From Bdellovibrionales bacterium (GTDB taxonomy: Bacteria > Bdellovibrionota > Bdellovibrionia > Bdellovibrionales > JAUICD01), in NCBI GenBank assembly GCA_965262715.1, contig OZ253553.1:1984001-2048000 (forward strand): DNA of 64,000 nt, given 5' to 3'. The notes under the pieces were generated by a model that saw only the letters and a program-made list of their open reading frames with translations, had not been told where the DNA came from and made no database searches. Position numbers and translations under genes: made by a program. Shown piece after piece: positions 1 through 9,977 of the stretch (position 1 is the first letter of the stretch; the number at the start of each line of letters is the position of its first letter).

Positions 1-671
1 TTAAGAATACTAACAGCACCTTGGTTATCAATAAATTTTATTGTTACATTTGTTGCTTTAGGAATAACTACTGACTTCTCATTTGAATAAAAGTCTCCCT
101 CAGTCATAGAAGCCACATGCGACTGGCAATTACCATCCCACTGTCCCATGTAATGAGGATGATTTCTTACATACTGTTTGATCTCTTTAGGTACTCTTCT
201 GTCGGAATTTCCTTCACGTAAGACAGGGTTGACTGCGCTTCCTAAAACTTTTCTATATTTTAAATAAATTTCTTTTTTTGTATCTGTTTGTTTTGAATTA
301 TCATCTACAGTCACATTTTCAGGAAAAGAAGGTATATCAAATCTCTGATTTTGAAGTTCATTAATAGCAGTTTTTAATTGAGGCAAAGAAGCACTTATGT
401 TAGGAAGTTTAATAATATTAGCTATTGGTTGTTTAACAACCTTTGAAAGCTCTAAAAGATCATCTGAAGTTGATGTTTTAGATGGGCAAGGAAAACAAGC
501 TAAAATACGCCCTGCCAATGAGATATCTTTGATTTCAATAGGAATTTTCATCAAAGACAAAAATACTTTGATGATTGGAAACAAAGAATATGTTGCAAGA
601 GCAGGTGCTTCATCTGTCTTTGTATAAACAATCTTAGCATCATCGTTTTTATTAATTTGTTGTGTATTCAT
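1..671 (-). CDS. icd: Monomeric NADP-dependent isocitrate dehydrogenase, N-terminal part (runs off the window)
   Basis: Not in the ORF track. Manual translation from ATG at 671 gives MNTQQINKNDDAKIVYTKTDEAPALATYSLFPII...DISLAGRILA...NIIKLPNISASLPQLK...VLGSAVNPVLREGNSDRR, the signature motifs of monomeric IDH. Confidence 0.95.
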   Translation of the reverse strand, partial: MNTQQINKNDDAKIVYTKTDEAPALATYSLFPIIKVFLSLMKIPIEIKDISLAGRILACFPCPSKTSTSDDLLELSKVVKQPIANIIKLPNISASLPQLKTAINELQNQRFDIPSFPENVTVDDNSKQTDTKKEIYLKYRKVLGSAVNPVLREGNSDRRVPKEIKQYVRNHPHYMGQWDGNCQSHVASMTEGDFYSNEKSVVIPKATNVTIKFIDNQGAVSIL

Positions 672-701
672 TATTTCATTGCTCAAAAGATATAGATTTT
701 T

Positions 702-1184
702 TTATTCAAGAGAACTTTTTAACATCCAAGCTGTTTTTTCATGAAACTCAATTCTTGCGCCAAGCAAACTAGTTGTTCCTTCATCATTAGCATCACTTAA
801 TACAGTCAGGATATATTTTGCTGTTTTAATAATATGTTCATGATCTCTTAGTAAGTTTTCAATCATTATATGAGGTTCTACATCTAAGAACGGATCATCT
901 TTAATACCACTTAATTTAGCAAATTCTGTATGAGACCCAGGAGACTTAACTCCCATTACTCTTATCCTTTCTGCAATTTCATCGACAGCTAAAGCTAAGG
1001 CAGTGTATTGCTTTTCAAATAAATGATGTAGAGAGCCAAACATAGGACCTGTGACATTCCAATGATATTTGTGGGTTTTTAAATAAAGAGTGTGCGTTTC
1101 AGCAAGCAGTATAGAAAGTTCTTGAGCAATCTCTGAGCACTTAATCTCTGTAATTCCAATATTTAATCCTCTTACACTCCCCAT
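702..1184 (-). CDS. dps: Dps family DNA-protection/ferritin-like protein
   Basis: LYLKTHKYHWNVTGPMF..LH.LFE.QY...VDEIAERIR and HEKTAWML motifs; GGAGG RBS upstream. Confidence 0.95.
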   Translation of the reverse strand: MGSVRGLNIGITEIKCSEIAQELSILLAETHTLYLKTHKYHWNVTGPMFGSLHHLFEKQYTALALAVDEIAERIRVMGVKSPGSHTEFAKLSGIKDDPFLDVEPHIMIENLLRDHEHIIKTAKYILTVLSDANDEGTTSLLGARIEFHEKTAWMLKSSLE

Positions 1185-1500
1185 TTGTCCTCCTTTATAA
1201 CTTCATCAAAGATATACTTAAAGTCTATCATCAATAAGTCAAGCGCAGCAATGTTAAATCACCATTATTTTTTTTAAATCGATTATAGAATAAAAATTCT
1301 TTTAAAATCTTTATTTCATATAATATTCTGACTAGAAATGGATCGTCATAACTAAATCAGGATCTGCCAAAAGCAACTAGCGCGCTAAAACATATAAAAG
1401 TATTTCGCAATAAAAATCTGAACTCATCTTACGCAAGCTTTATAACTTTGAGAAAGCCGTTGTTGTTTATTAATTTATCTAAATTATGACCATCTATAGA

Positions 1501-1545
1501 ATCCGGGAATCTGGGAATCCGGGAACCCAGAAGTCTGGCAGTCTG
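1501..1545. repeat. Degenerate 8-bp tandem repeat (atccggga/atctggga/gtctggca) upstream of the four-helix-bundle gene
   Basis: atccggga atctggga atccggga acccagaa gtctggca gtctg; related tracts near 5340, 7932, 9773, 31765 and 53225. Confidence 0.6.
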
Positions 1546-1605
1546 TTTGTTTTGAATTTTCCCATAATTTTTTCCTCCTTTACCCCCAAAAAGAAATAGA
1601 AATAT

Positions 1606-1890
1606 TTTCCCTAACATATATGTAAAAAATGAGAAGTATCTTCTTACTAAAAATAAACAGATTTTTGAGACAATCAGCATTTTACTGACGGTGCTAACCG
1701 TCAAGCTAACTGATAAACAACACCGATTTCCTTAACATTGGGTCAAAAAATGAGGGGAGTCTCCCTACTAAAATGCATCTTTCTTTCTAGGTGATAACCC
1801 TTTTCTGATGGAGCCATCAGGGTTATCACCAGAAAGTAGCCAGAGGCTAGATGCATTTTAGTGAAACAGAGGCCAGTTTATTTTTAGTGA
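1606..1890 (+). repeat. Dispersed hairpin element, two nested units (1606-1726 plus 1868-1890 enclosing 1727-1867)
   Basis: Each unit starts tttcc(c/t)taacat. The outer arm actaaaaataaac of unit 1 pairs with gtttatttttagt located after unit 2; unit 2 has its own arms actaaaatgcatct/agatgcattttagt. Confidence 0.85.
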
Positions 1891-1912
1891 TATAGATTGG
1901 GAGAAAAAAATT

Positions 1913-2206
1913 ATGGGAAAATTCAAAACTTATCACTTAGCAACTCAATTCTATCATAAATCTAACAACTTAAGTTTAAGAGGGCCAATGAAAAACCAAT
2001 TTCAAAGAGCTTCCCTAAGTATCGTATTGAATCTGGCTGAAAGCTCTGCTAAATCTAGTGCTAAAGAACGTAAAAAATTCTATGAAATTAGCTTAGGTTC
2101 TCTAAGAGAGGTACAAACAATACTAACTCTTGTTAACCATCAAAAATTAATAAGAGAAGCTGATAAATTGGGTGCTTTCCTATATAAATTGTGTAAAAAT
2201 ACTTAA
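1913..2206 (+). CDS. Four-helix-bundle protein (23S rRNA IVS / Avd-like family)
   Basis: QFQRASLSIVLNLAE...ERKKFYEISLGSLREVQTIL matches the family pattern Q..RA..SI..NIAEG...F..IA.GSL.E; GGGAG RBS upstream. Confidence 0.85.
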   Translation: MGKFKTYHLATQFYHKSNNLSLRGPMKNQFQRASLSIVLNLAESSAKSSAKERKKFYEISLGSLREVQTILTLVNHQKLIREADKLGAFLYKLCKNT

Positions 2207-2243
2207 AGCTTGGCTTTAAACTCTTTGCGTAAGGTCTCAGTTA

Positions 2244-3719
2244 TTATTTTATTAAACTGTTCCCACAAGCAATATTTTGTTGTGCATGAGATGCTTGTAG
2301 TTCAAGAAGGAACTGATCAACTTCTTTATCTGTAATCTGTACTGCTCCACCATACGCTTCTAGGCCTTGACGTGAGGATGCACTCTGGCTCTTTTTAACA
2401 AGCAGGTCAACAATTAGATCGTTTGCAACACGAATCAGTGGTTCATTATGATAATGTTCATGTACATAATTAATGATATGACCTACCGCTCTTCCTGATA
2501 TATCAAAATTAAATCGACGTCTTCTTAAACTAGGTAAAATTGAGGTTTCTACTACATGCCTTAAATCTTCTTTAGACATTCTATTAGTTATAATTTCTTC
2601 AAAACTAAAAAAATCTTTAGGCATGTCTTGATAACCTTCTGTTGATGAAGCAGCTATTAATTTAATATGGTTTCTTTTTCGTAAATGCGAGCTTAACACT
2701 TGTCTTTGCGAAGCACTCAACTTATGGAATCTATCCATAAAAATGACAATCCTTACTTGAAGTCTCTGTTCTATATCTAAAACAGCCTCTAAATAATTTT
2801 TTAAGTTTTTTGCCTTAGAAAAATCATCTGCAAAACCTCTTTCTATCTTATTAATACGAGATGGATCTGTTTCTATAACATAAGTTTTTCTTCTAGTATC
2901 GCCAGATGCATCTGAAGGATGTTCTGTCATTGCTATTGTATTTATAACAGCCCGATTATCATCTTTTCTTCCAATAAGAATAGGAGCACTATTATTTTGA
3001 GTTGTTAAAGTATCAAGCACTTGACGGACTGCTTCTTGATGTACTTGATTACCACGAGATTCTTCAAAAAATAAGTGATCGCTTAAAAAGTGAACAGATC
3101 CTCTTCGAAACATGCGAATAGGCCTTCTAAAATTACGACTATTTGATTTAGAAAATAGAGAATATAATTGTGTAGTCAGTAAAGTATGATGATCTGTATT
3201 ATCTTGCATATCACTAAGAGTGTAAGAGCTTATATTCTCAGGATTTCTCGAAATGGCTCTATCTATAAGAGTCAAGAAATAAGGAGGCATACTTAATACT
3301 ATAGAACTTGACTGTATCTGCTCTTTCAATTGAATAAGCATAGAAGTATTTTGAGAGCTAAGAAATGGAGAAATTGCTGTCATCATCATTGACATTAATC
3401 TAATATGAGGTGGATTTCGGTCAATCTCTGTCAAAAGAGCTTCTAAAAAAGCTTGTTTAACTTCAAGATAATGAACAAAGTCTGTTAAATAATCCGCAGC
3501 TATTGATCTTTTTTCCTCATCATTTGAAGCTAAGTAATGGAGTTTTTCCTGTAATTGTTGATACTCTTCAGCAGTTGATATTATAGATAAGTCCGTATTT
3601 GACTGTTCTAACTGTGCAAAACTTTTAGTAAAACAAACAACTAAAAGTGAACTGAAGATTAAAAAAGAAAAACTCTTTGAAAATTTTCCAGATTCTCTTA
3701 GTAAGACTTTAATATTCAT
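2244..3719 (-). CDS. Predicted exported protein with a degenerate ClpA/ClpB-like AAA+ region
   Basis: N-terminal hydrophobic signal ending SFA-Q; NSAPILIG (Walker A lost), VIFMDRFHKL (Walker B-like), IKLIAASSTEGY; C-terminal CGNSL. Confidence 0.6.
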   Translation of the reverse strand: MNIKVLLRESGKFSKSFSFLIFSSLLVVCFTKSFAQLEQSNTDLSIISTAEEYQQLQEKLHYLASNDEEKRSIAADYLTDFVHYLEVKQAFLEALLTEIDRNPPHIRLMSMMMTAISPFLSSQNTSMLIQLKEQIQSSSIVLSMPPYFLTLIDRAISRNPENISSYTLSDMQDNTDHHTLLTTQLYSLFSKSNSRNFRRPIRMFRRGSVHFLSDHLFFEESRGNQVHQEAVRQVLDTLTTQNNSAPILIGRKDDNRAVINTIAMTEHPSDASGDTRRKTYVIETDPSRINKIERGFADDFSKAKNLKNYLEAVLDIEQRLQVRIVIFMDRFHKLSASQRQVLSSHLRKRNHIKLIAASSTEGYQDMPKDFFSFEEIITNRMSKEDLRHVVETSILPSLRRRRFNFDISGRAVGHIINYVHEHYHNEPLIRVANDLIVDLLVKKSQSASSRQGLEAYGGAVQITDKEVDQFLLELQASHAQQNIACGNSLIK

Positions 3720-4025
3720 ATAGTATCCTTAACCACATATCCGTCAAAATATCTCATATATATTTTTAAGCAATCACAACAAAATAATAAAATAATCAGT
3801 AAGCTACAATAATTGAATAAAACATTATATACAAGTGAACATATTTATATCCTCTATATTTAAAAATAAAGGATAGTTTTTATACACTTTTGAAAAAAAA
3901 TATATAGAGATTGTATGTAAAAACTTCATATATCATTATTTATTCTCTATTGGTATGAATTTTGCTGCCACTGGATATCAAAATAATCTCCAAAAATCAA
4001 AAATAACCTGATGTGTTATTTTTCC

Positions 4026-4053
4026 TTATCATTTTTAAACAATCTGCCGATAA
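4026..4053 (+). promoter_or_regulatory. Putative sigma-28 (FliA)-type promoter
   Basis: ttatcatttttaaacaatctGCCGATAA; a near-identical motif precedes the paralog (5472-5498). GCCGATAA is the sigma-28 -10 consensus; the -35 match is weak. Confidence 0.5.
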
Positions 4054-4111
4054 AAACACATTAGCAAATAAATTTTACTTAATACTTTAATTTTGAAAAT
4101 AGAAACTTAAT

Positions 4112-5296
4112 ATGTCTAAAAACAGTCCTCAAAACAGTTTAATATTTAAAGGTATCACTGCTTTTGCTTTTTTAGTCGGCATAGCTTTTATGCTTTCCTT
4201 TATGAACTGTTCTTTCAATGAAGAACCTATAATTCTTGACAGTCAACATTATTCACCTCTTTCAACACAACTTCCAAGTAGTTTTCCTCCTAATCCTAAT
4301 CCTCCCAATACTAATACTAATACCACTAATACCCCTACTACCACTTCTGATGATTGCTCTAATAATGCGCCTCAATCACAATTAAGTATTGTCCAACAAG
4401 TTGCTACAGAAACTGCTGATCTTTATAAAACAAATGTGCATCAATTTACCCGATACGTCGCTGAGTGCTTAAAAGATATCAACCCAAATTGGGGACGTCG
4501 AATTGATGATGTTGGTTCTCTATCTGGTGATACAATTGCATACTATATAGGCGACAATACAGATCCATATAGTGTTGACATTATAGACAGTTCAACTCCC
4601 TCAAACCCACAACTTGCATGGTTAGTACGGGGTACGATTGATGAATGCGGTCAAGTAGGAGGAACTTGGCAACGTGTGGATGGTGAATGCATTATAGGAC
4701 AGGTAGAGTCAGAGCCTGAAGAGCAATGTACACAAGAGCAATTAGATAATGATTATGCCACTATTAATGAGGAATGCCTAAAAACATGTGATAGTTTTGA
4801 CGACACTAATGCAGAAGGCGTAACAATTGGAAAAGGTGAACAGTGTAACGATACAAGAAACTACAATATTTTATCCATAAAAAATACCTTCGAGTCGGAG
4901 CTAGATGAACCACAAGCCTGTTGTAGGAGGTCTCCTAAAAGAAACTGTTTTAGTTCCAGTGGTTATCAGCTTGTCGTAGATAACTGTCAACCAACTTGCG
5001 CTCAAGCAGCTAAGTTAGCAGGTTACACTACTAATTATTATCTTTATACTAATAAATGTAGCGGGGGCTTTAGTAAGTTTTGTACAGAAAATTGTCAGGA
5101 ACTAAACAAACACGGTCATAAAGATTGGCTGGATTTTACATTTTATGATCCTTATAACTTTATAGAAGCTAGTAATAATACTGAAGGTCATTTATATTTT
5201 AGTGGTGATGACGATGGTTGCTGCATAAGAGCATCTCAAGATGAAACACCTGCTCAGTCTTATAATTCAAAAGGTTGGCATCCAGACGATTACTGA
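4112..5296 (+). CDS. Cys-rich lipoprotein, paralog of 5555-7900
   Basis: Lipobox-like SFMNC after a hydrophobic stretch; Pro/Thr/Asn linker; shares VQQ.A..T.DLYKT...VAECLKDI..NWGR and C.QAAKLAGYT...W.DFTFYDPY blocks with the next gene. Confidence 0.8.
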   Translation: MSKNSPQNSLIFKGITAFAFLVGIAFMLSFMNCSFNEEPIILDSQHYSPLSTQLPSSFPPNPNPPNTNTNTTNTPTTTSDDCSNNAPQSQLSIVQQVATETADLYKTNVHQFTRYVAECLKDINPNWGRRIDDVGSLSGDTIAYYIGDNTDPYSVDIIDSSTPSNPQLAWLVRGTIDECGQVGGTWQRVDGECIIGQVESEPEEQCTQEQLDNDYATINEECLKTCDSFDDTNAEGVTIGKGEQCNDTRNYNILSIKNTFESELDEPQACCRRSPKRNCFSSSGYQLVVDNCQPTCAQAAKLAGYTTNYYLYTNKCSGGFSKFCTENCQELNKHGHKDWLDFTFYDPYNFIEASNNTEGHLYFSGDDDGCCIRASQDETPAQSYNSKGWHPDDY

Positions 5297-5471
5297 TTAG
5301 ATTGATTGTACTACAAGGGACATCGGTAACAGATTCTTCAAGGCAATCTGTCTCTGGAAACTGTTTTTTGTAAGTCCGGGTCCAACGGCTCAACCCCAGG
5401 GACACAGGTAACAACTTATTTTATCTTTAAACATCAAAATATCAATTTCTTTAGATTTCTTTAATATTTTT

Positions 5472-5498
5472 TTATCATTTTTAAACAATTTGCCGATA
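5472..5498 (+). promoter_or_regulatory. Putative sigma-28-type promoter (second copy)
   Basis: ttatcatttttaaacaatttGCCGATA, about 55 bp upstream of the start. Confidence 0.5.
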
Positions 5499-5554
5499 TA
5501 TATAGTGTAAAAAAATAACTTTTAAGCCTTTATACACTCTAATGGAGATTTGAT

Positions 5555-7900
5555 TTGTTAAACATACAATCACTGAGAGTTAAAAATATTATTATTTTTG
5601 CTTTTTTCTTATTAGGTCTCTCCTTCCCACTTCTCTTTATGAACTGTTCCTTAGATGAAGGCAATAACACACTCAGAAGTAGTGATACTGGAGGTCCTGG
5701 AGACCCTGGAGATACTTCAGTTTATACAGAAAACCTTCCTCCTGACGAGTTTCCTGACCCCGATAATCCTAAAACTAGAGGTAAAATTGTATGGCCTCAC
5801 GGTATCAATACAGTTGAATGGACAGCCACATCCAAAATCACAAATTTAGATATTAATATTCAAAACGGACAAGTTAGTATCACACATACAAAAGCTGGTC
5901 AGTGGGATCCAACAACAAGTGTAAGTTCAGAAAGTGTTGAAGACCCCGTAGAAGGCAATGCATGGATTATTGTTCCACTCAATGGTAAAGGTTATGCTGC
6001 TCCCTATGATTGGATAGGAAAAGCAGACCCCGATCACATGTTAGATGTAGTAAACCTCGATGGTTTATACCAACAGTTACCCATACGCGCAAATGTATCT
6101 GCACTAGCTAGATGGGAGCCCCTGCCTGGAGATAAGATTGGCTTTATGGTATCAGGGCTTGTCAAAGGAGATATAAAAAATGTCGAAGAAAGATCAAAAA
6201 TGATACGTGTCACATTGCCTGACAAAAATGGAAAAATCTCCACAGAGACCTGCTCTCTAAGTGACCAGACCGTTGAAAATACAACTACTTCTACCCAAAC
6301 AACTACTACAACTCCAGAGACCACCGAAGATACAGATATTCCTACTTGTTCAGAAACATCTTGTGAAGCTCCAAACAGAATATCTATCATAGATGATGTC
6401 GTACACGAAAACAGAAGCGCATTCAGTAAGGCTATTGAACTCAATGCAGAAAGTGGCTCTGTGGAAGATGACGATGAACGTTGGGAATTTATGGATAAAG
6501 TGGTAAGAACTGTCCAAGCAACAGATACTGGTTTTGGTTATACATGTATTAATAAAGACTGTGAAAATAATATATCAACTAGTAAAATTGCCTACAAATG
6601 CAAAGAAAATACTGAAACATCCACCTCAGTCAATGAAACTATTATCACTATAGATTTTTTTAATAGCGATGGTTCCACTAAGTGGGCGCCTTCTGATCCA
6701 GAAGAGGATCAACCAGATGGATGGATATTTCTAAGGCCAGGAGCACCGGAGATTACTTCGGAAGGTGAAGGACCATGTTCTAGTGACAGGAACACTCCAG
6801 ACCGACAATCAACTGTTGTGCAACAAATAGCTGCAAAAACTGATGACCTTTATAAAACAAGTCCAGATGCATTCACCCAGCGTGTGGTCGAATGTTTAAA
6901 AGATATTGATGACAATTGGGGCCGTCATCTCGATGATTCTGGTATTGTTACAAAAGACATAATTGCATATCGCATAAATGAAGAAGAAGAGAACCCTTAT
7001 AGTATTAAAATCATTGCAGATGTAGATACTCAAAATCCAACCCTAACTTGGAGTATACAAAAAAACCCTAATAATAATCAATGTGGTCAAATAGGAGGCA
7101 CCTGGAGTGAAATTGTAGGTCAGTGTGTTATTGAACTAGAAGGGCATTGCACGCAAGAGCAAAGAGATAGTGGCAGCTATGGCACTATTAATGGAGAATG
7201 CCATCCAAAATGTGAGAGCTTTGCAGACAGTAATGTAGAAGGAGTATCCATCGCAACAGGAGACGAGTGCGATGACACTGCCAATTACAATATCTTGGCT
7301 ATCAAAAACACCTATGAAGAAAAATTGGACGGATCAAAATGTTGTAGAAGATCTGATAAAAGATTCTGTCTGAATGGTTATCTACTATATGGCGATAATT
7401 GCTACCCAACATGCAAGCAAGCAGCCAAATTAGCAGGTTATACAAACCCTAGCTATTATGACACATATGACAACTCTTTTGCTTCAGGTTTCTTTTTTCA
7501 AAGTACAGAAAACTGTGAGGATTATAAAGGTGGTGAAGATTGGGTAGACTTTACTTTCTACGATCCTTATAGATTTCAACAATCAAGAAATACTCAAGAT
7601 GTAGATATATGCAAAACTGGTTCATGTCCTGATGACACTGGTTGTTGTGTAAAAGATAATCCCAACAGCACACCCACTCATGCTTATGATTCAAACGGTT
7701 GGAACCAGCAAGATCGTGAACGTATATCTGCTGACTCATCTGGAGGGTCTAACACATCCAGTACCACAACAACAACAGTTGATAGCAGTAGTGGTGATGA
7801 ATGTACTATAGGTACTGCAGACACAGATTGTTTTGCAAGATGTAGTATGTCAGAAGCAGGAGAACCAACCTGCGAGAATGGAAGCTGTGTATGTCCCTAA
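5555..7900 (+). CDS. Large Cys-rich lipoprotein
   Basis: LLFMNC lipobox; GGAG RBS before a TTG start; Thr-rich linkers; C-terminal half homologous to 4112-5296; terminal Cys-rich module. Confidence 0.8.
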   Translation: MLNIQSLRVKNIIIFAFFLLGLSFPLLFMNCSLDEGNNTLRSSDTGGPGDPGDTSVYTENLPPDEFPDPDNPKTRGKIVWPHGINTVEWTATSKITNLDINIQNGQVSITHTKAGQWDPTTSVSSESVEDPVEGNAWIIVPLNGKGYAAPYDWIGKADPDHMLDVVNLDGLYQQLPIRANVSALARWEPLPGDKIGFMVSGLVKGDIKNVEERSKMIRVTLPDKNGKISTETCSLSDQTVENTTTSTQTTTTTPETTEDTDIPTCSETSCEAPNRISIIDDVVHENRSAFSKAIELNAESGSVEDDDERWEFMDKVVRTVQATDTGFGYTCINKDCENNISTSKIAYKCKENTETSTSVNETIITIDFFNSDGSTKWAPSDPEEDQPDGWIFLRPGAPEITSEGEGPCSSDRNTPDRQSTVVQQIAAKTDDLYKTSPDAFTQRVVECLKDIDDNWGRHLDDSGIVTKDIIAYRINEEEENPYSIKIIADVDTQNPTLTWSIQKNPNNNQCGQIGGTWSEIVGQCVIELEGHCTQEQRDSGSYGTINGECHPKCESFADSNVEGVSIATGDECDDTANYNILAIKNTYEEKLDGSKCCRRSDKRFCLNGYLLYGDNCYPTCKQAAKLAGYTNPSYYDTYDNSFASGFFFQSTENCEDYKGGEDWVDFTFYDPYRFQQSRNTQDVDICKTGSCPDDTGCCVKDNPNSTPTHAYDSNGWNQQDRERISADSSGGSNTSSTTTTTVDSSSGDECTIGTADTDCFARCSMSEAGEPTCENGSCVCP

Positions 7901-8010
7901 CCCTAAGTTTAACCAGGATATAATATTTATTCTCCGGAATTCTGGCAATCGGGCATTCCGGCAAACAGTGTCCGGGAACTGATCTCCGGCCTATCAGAGA
8001 ATAGAAATAA

Positions 8011-8156
8011 TTTCCTTAACATGCTATTAAAAAACAAGGATATCCTCCCCACTCAAAATAAACGGATTTTTGAGGTAGTTAGCATTTTCTTGAAGGCGTA
8101 AGCCTTCAGGCTAACTGCCCAAAAATGACCAGAGGTCAGTTTATTTTGAGTGAAAC
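8011..8156 (+). repeat. Dispersed hairpin element, complete single unit (146 bp), abutting the tRNA-Gly 3' end
   Basis: tttccttaacat...actcaaaataaac...ggtagttagc...tgaaggc-gtaa-gccttca..gctaactgcc...ccagagg..gtttattttgagtgaaac. Confidence 0.85.
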
Positions 8157-8159
8157 GAA

Positions 8160-8236
8160 TGGAGCGTAAGGCGGGACTCAAACCCGCGGCCTTCGCCTTG
8201 GCAAGGCGACGCTCTAATCACCTGAGCTACTCACGC
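8160..8236 (-). tRNA. tRNA-Gly (GCC)
   Basis: Reverse complement folds as GCGTGAG-TA-GCTC-AGGTGATTA-GAGC-G-TCGCC-TTGCCAA-GGCGA-AGGCC-GCGGG-TTTGAGT-CCCGC-CTTACGC-T-CCA: full cloverleaf, GCC anticodon, encoded CCA. Confidence 0.95.
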
Positions 8237-8326
8237 ATAGACACCTAGACTTAATATACTTTCATTGTAATATCAAATGAAAAAAACATCAAATTATGTT
8301 CTGATCAGGTCTTTAAAATATTAAAC

Positions 8327-9616
8327 TTAAGATTTAGAGATAACTTCTATACCATCCATATAAGGCTGTAATACTTTTGGTATAGATACAGAGCCGTCTT
8401 TCTGCTGATAGTTTTCCAAGATAGCTATCAGTGTTCTTCCTACAGCAAGTCCACTACCATTAAGAGTATGGACAAATTGTGTCTTACGATCTGAAGCCCC
8501 GTGATCTGAATATCCGCGAAAACGTATTTGAGCTCTTCTTGCCTGAAAGTCTCCGCAAAGAGAAACAGACGATATTTCCCTATAAGCATGTTGCCCAGGC
8601 AACCACACTTCAAGATCATAAGTTTTTAATGCAGCAAATCCTAAATCTCCCCTACAAAGATTAACCACCCTATAAGGCAATTCTAATTGTTTTAAAATCT
8701 CTTCTGCATGTAAGGTCATTTTTTCTAGCTCTTCGAAACTTTCATCTGGATGAACTATTTTGACAAGCTCTACTTTATGAAATTGATGCTGACGTATAAG
8801 ACCCTTTGTATCCTTACCATAACTACCTGCTTCAGAGCGAAAACAAGGAGTTAACGCTGCAAAAGCTAAGGGCAGATCTTCATAATTCAAAATCTCTCCT
8901 GCATAATAATTAGTGATGGGCACTTCTGCCGTAGGAATAGGGTATAAATCTCTGCTTTTAATATGAAAGACATCCTCTTTAAACTTGGGGAATTGCCCTG
9001 TATTCCATAATGATCTTTCTTTCACCACATAAGGAGGTGTTGTTTCAATATAACCATGTTTTTTTGTTTGTACATCTAACATAAATTGACAAAGTGCTCT
9101 CTCTAAACGCGCGCCCCAGCCCTGTAATATGACAAATCGAGCTCCAGAGATCTTAGCTGCTCTTTCAAAATCTATAATCTTTAGCTGATGTCCTAAAATA
9201 ATATGATCTCTTGGAGTAAAATCAAATTGGGGAATTTTCCCAACCTCACGTTCTACCTTGTTATCTGTCTCTGAAGTTCCAATTGGGGTTGACTCATGAC
9301 ATATATTAGGAAGCAGCGCAAGCCCCTCTAAATAATCTGCTTCAATTTTTTTAAACTCTCTTTCAGATTCTTGAATATCAACTCCTAACAATTTCATAGC
9401 AAGAATCATTTCTGAGGCATCTTCCTTTTTTTGCTTTTTAACCGAAATTTCCTTAGAAATACGATTTTTTTCTGCTTTTTGAGATTCAACTTTTGAAAGC
9501 CATTGTTTTCTTTGTTTATTTTTCTGAATAACATCTTCCAACGATTGAAGATCATATCCACGGTCTTTTAAACAAACTCGATAATCTTCTAAATCAATAG
9601 ATTGTATATCTATCAT
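8327..9616 (-). CDS. serS: Serine--tRNA ligase
   Basis: IPTAEVP, CFRSEAGSYGKDTKGLIRQHQFHKVE, YREISS and HTLNGSGLAVGR motifs. Confidence 0.98.
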   Translation of the reverse strand: MIDIQSIDLEDYRVCLKDRGYDLQSLEDVIQKNKQRKQWLSKVESQKAEKNRISKEISVKKQKKEDASEMILAMKLLGVDIQESEREFKKIEADYLEGLALLPNICHESTPIGTSETDNKVEREVGKIPQFDFTPRDHIILGHQLKIIDFERAAKISGARFVILQGWGARLERALCQFMLDVQTKKHGYIETTPPYVVKERSLWNTGQFPKFKEDVFHIKSRDLYPIPTAEVPITNYYAGEILNYEDLPLAFAALTPCFRSEAGSYGKDTKGLIRQHQFHKVELVKIVHPDESFEELEKMTLHAEEILKQLELPYRVVNLCRGDLGFAALKTYDLEVWLPGQHAYREISSVSLCGDFQARRAQIRFRGYSDHGASDRKTQFVHTLNGSGLAVGRTLIAILENYQQKDGSVSIPKVLQPYMDGIEVISKS

Positions 9617-9904
9617 CGTAAATCCTTTGTAGAACTTATGTCATAGTATAAATAGATCACCTAGATATTGTTACATGAACATCTCAATAATGAAAGGGTG
9701 AATTTCAAGTATTTTGATATAGTCTATACAAATAAGTACCTAATACACACTTACTCAGATCACCTTCTTTTGGAAAACTGGCAGTCCGGAAATCTGGCAG
9801 CAGTATCAGGTATTATCATTCGCGTTCAACCTTTGTATTTGAAAGCACTTTATACTGAATGCTAAATAATATGAGAATTGTAAAAGCTAATGGTAAGAAT
9901 GGAA

Positions 9905-9972
9905 AGAGACTCACCTTGAGAGGCTTGCCTCGAGAGGCTTGCCTCGAGAGGCCAGTTCATTTTGAGTGAAAC
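9905..9972 (+). repeat. Hairpin element right-arm remnant containing the 14-bp tandem unit ggcttgcctcgaga
   Basis: gagaggcttgcctcgagaggcttgcctcgagaggccagttcattttgagtgaaac; same terminus as 8156 and 1867. Confidence 0.75.
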
Positions 9973-9977
9973 AGTTT

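Noticed and set aside
397..627. 76-aa plus-strand ORF
   Set aside because: Antisense shadow of the icd gene on the minus strand.
1429..1704. 91-aa ORF, and similarly 30218-30442, 9668-9865, 42167-42391, 41846-42070 and 53380-53589
   Set aside because: These run through non-coding repeats or IS debris, or lack recognisable protein features and an RBS.
8011..8156. Integron attC interpretation of the hairpin element (CCTTAAC start, long imperfect palindrome)
   Set aside because: No complementary GTTRRRY at the far end, the units do not regularly follow single ORFs, and there is no integron integrase in the window.
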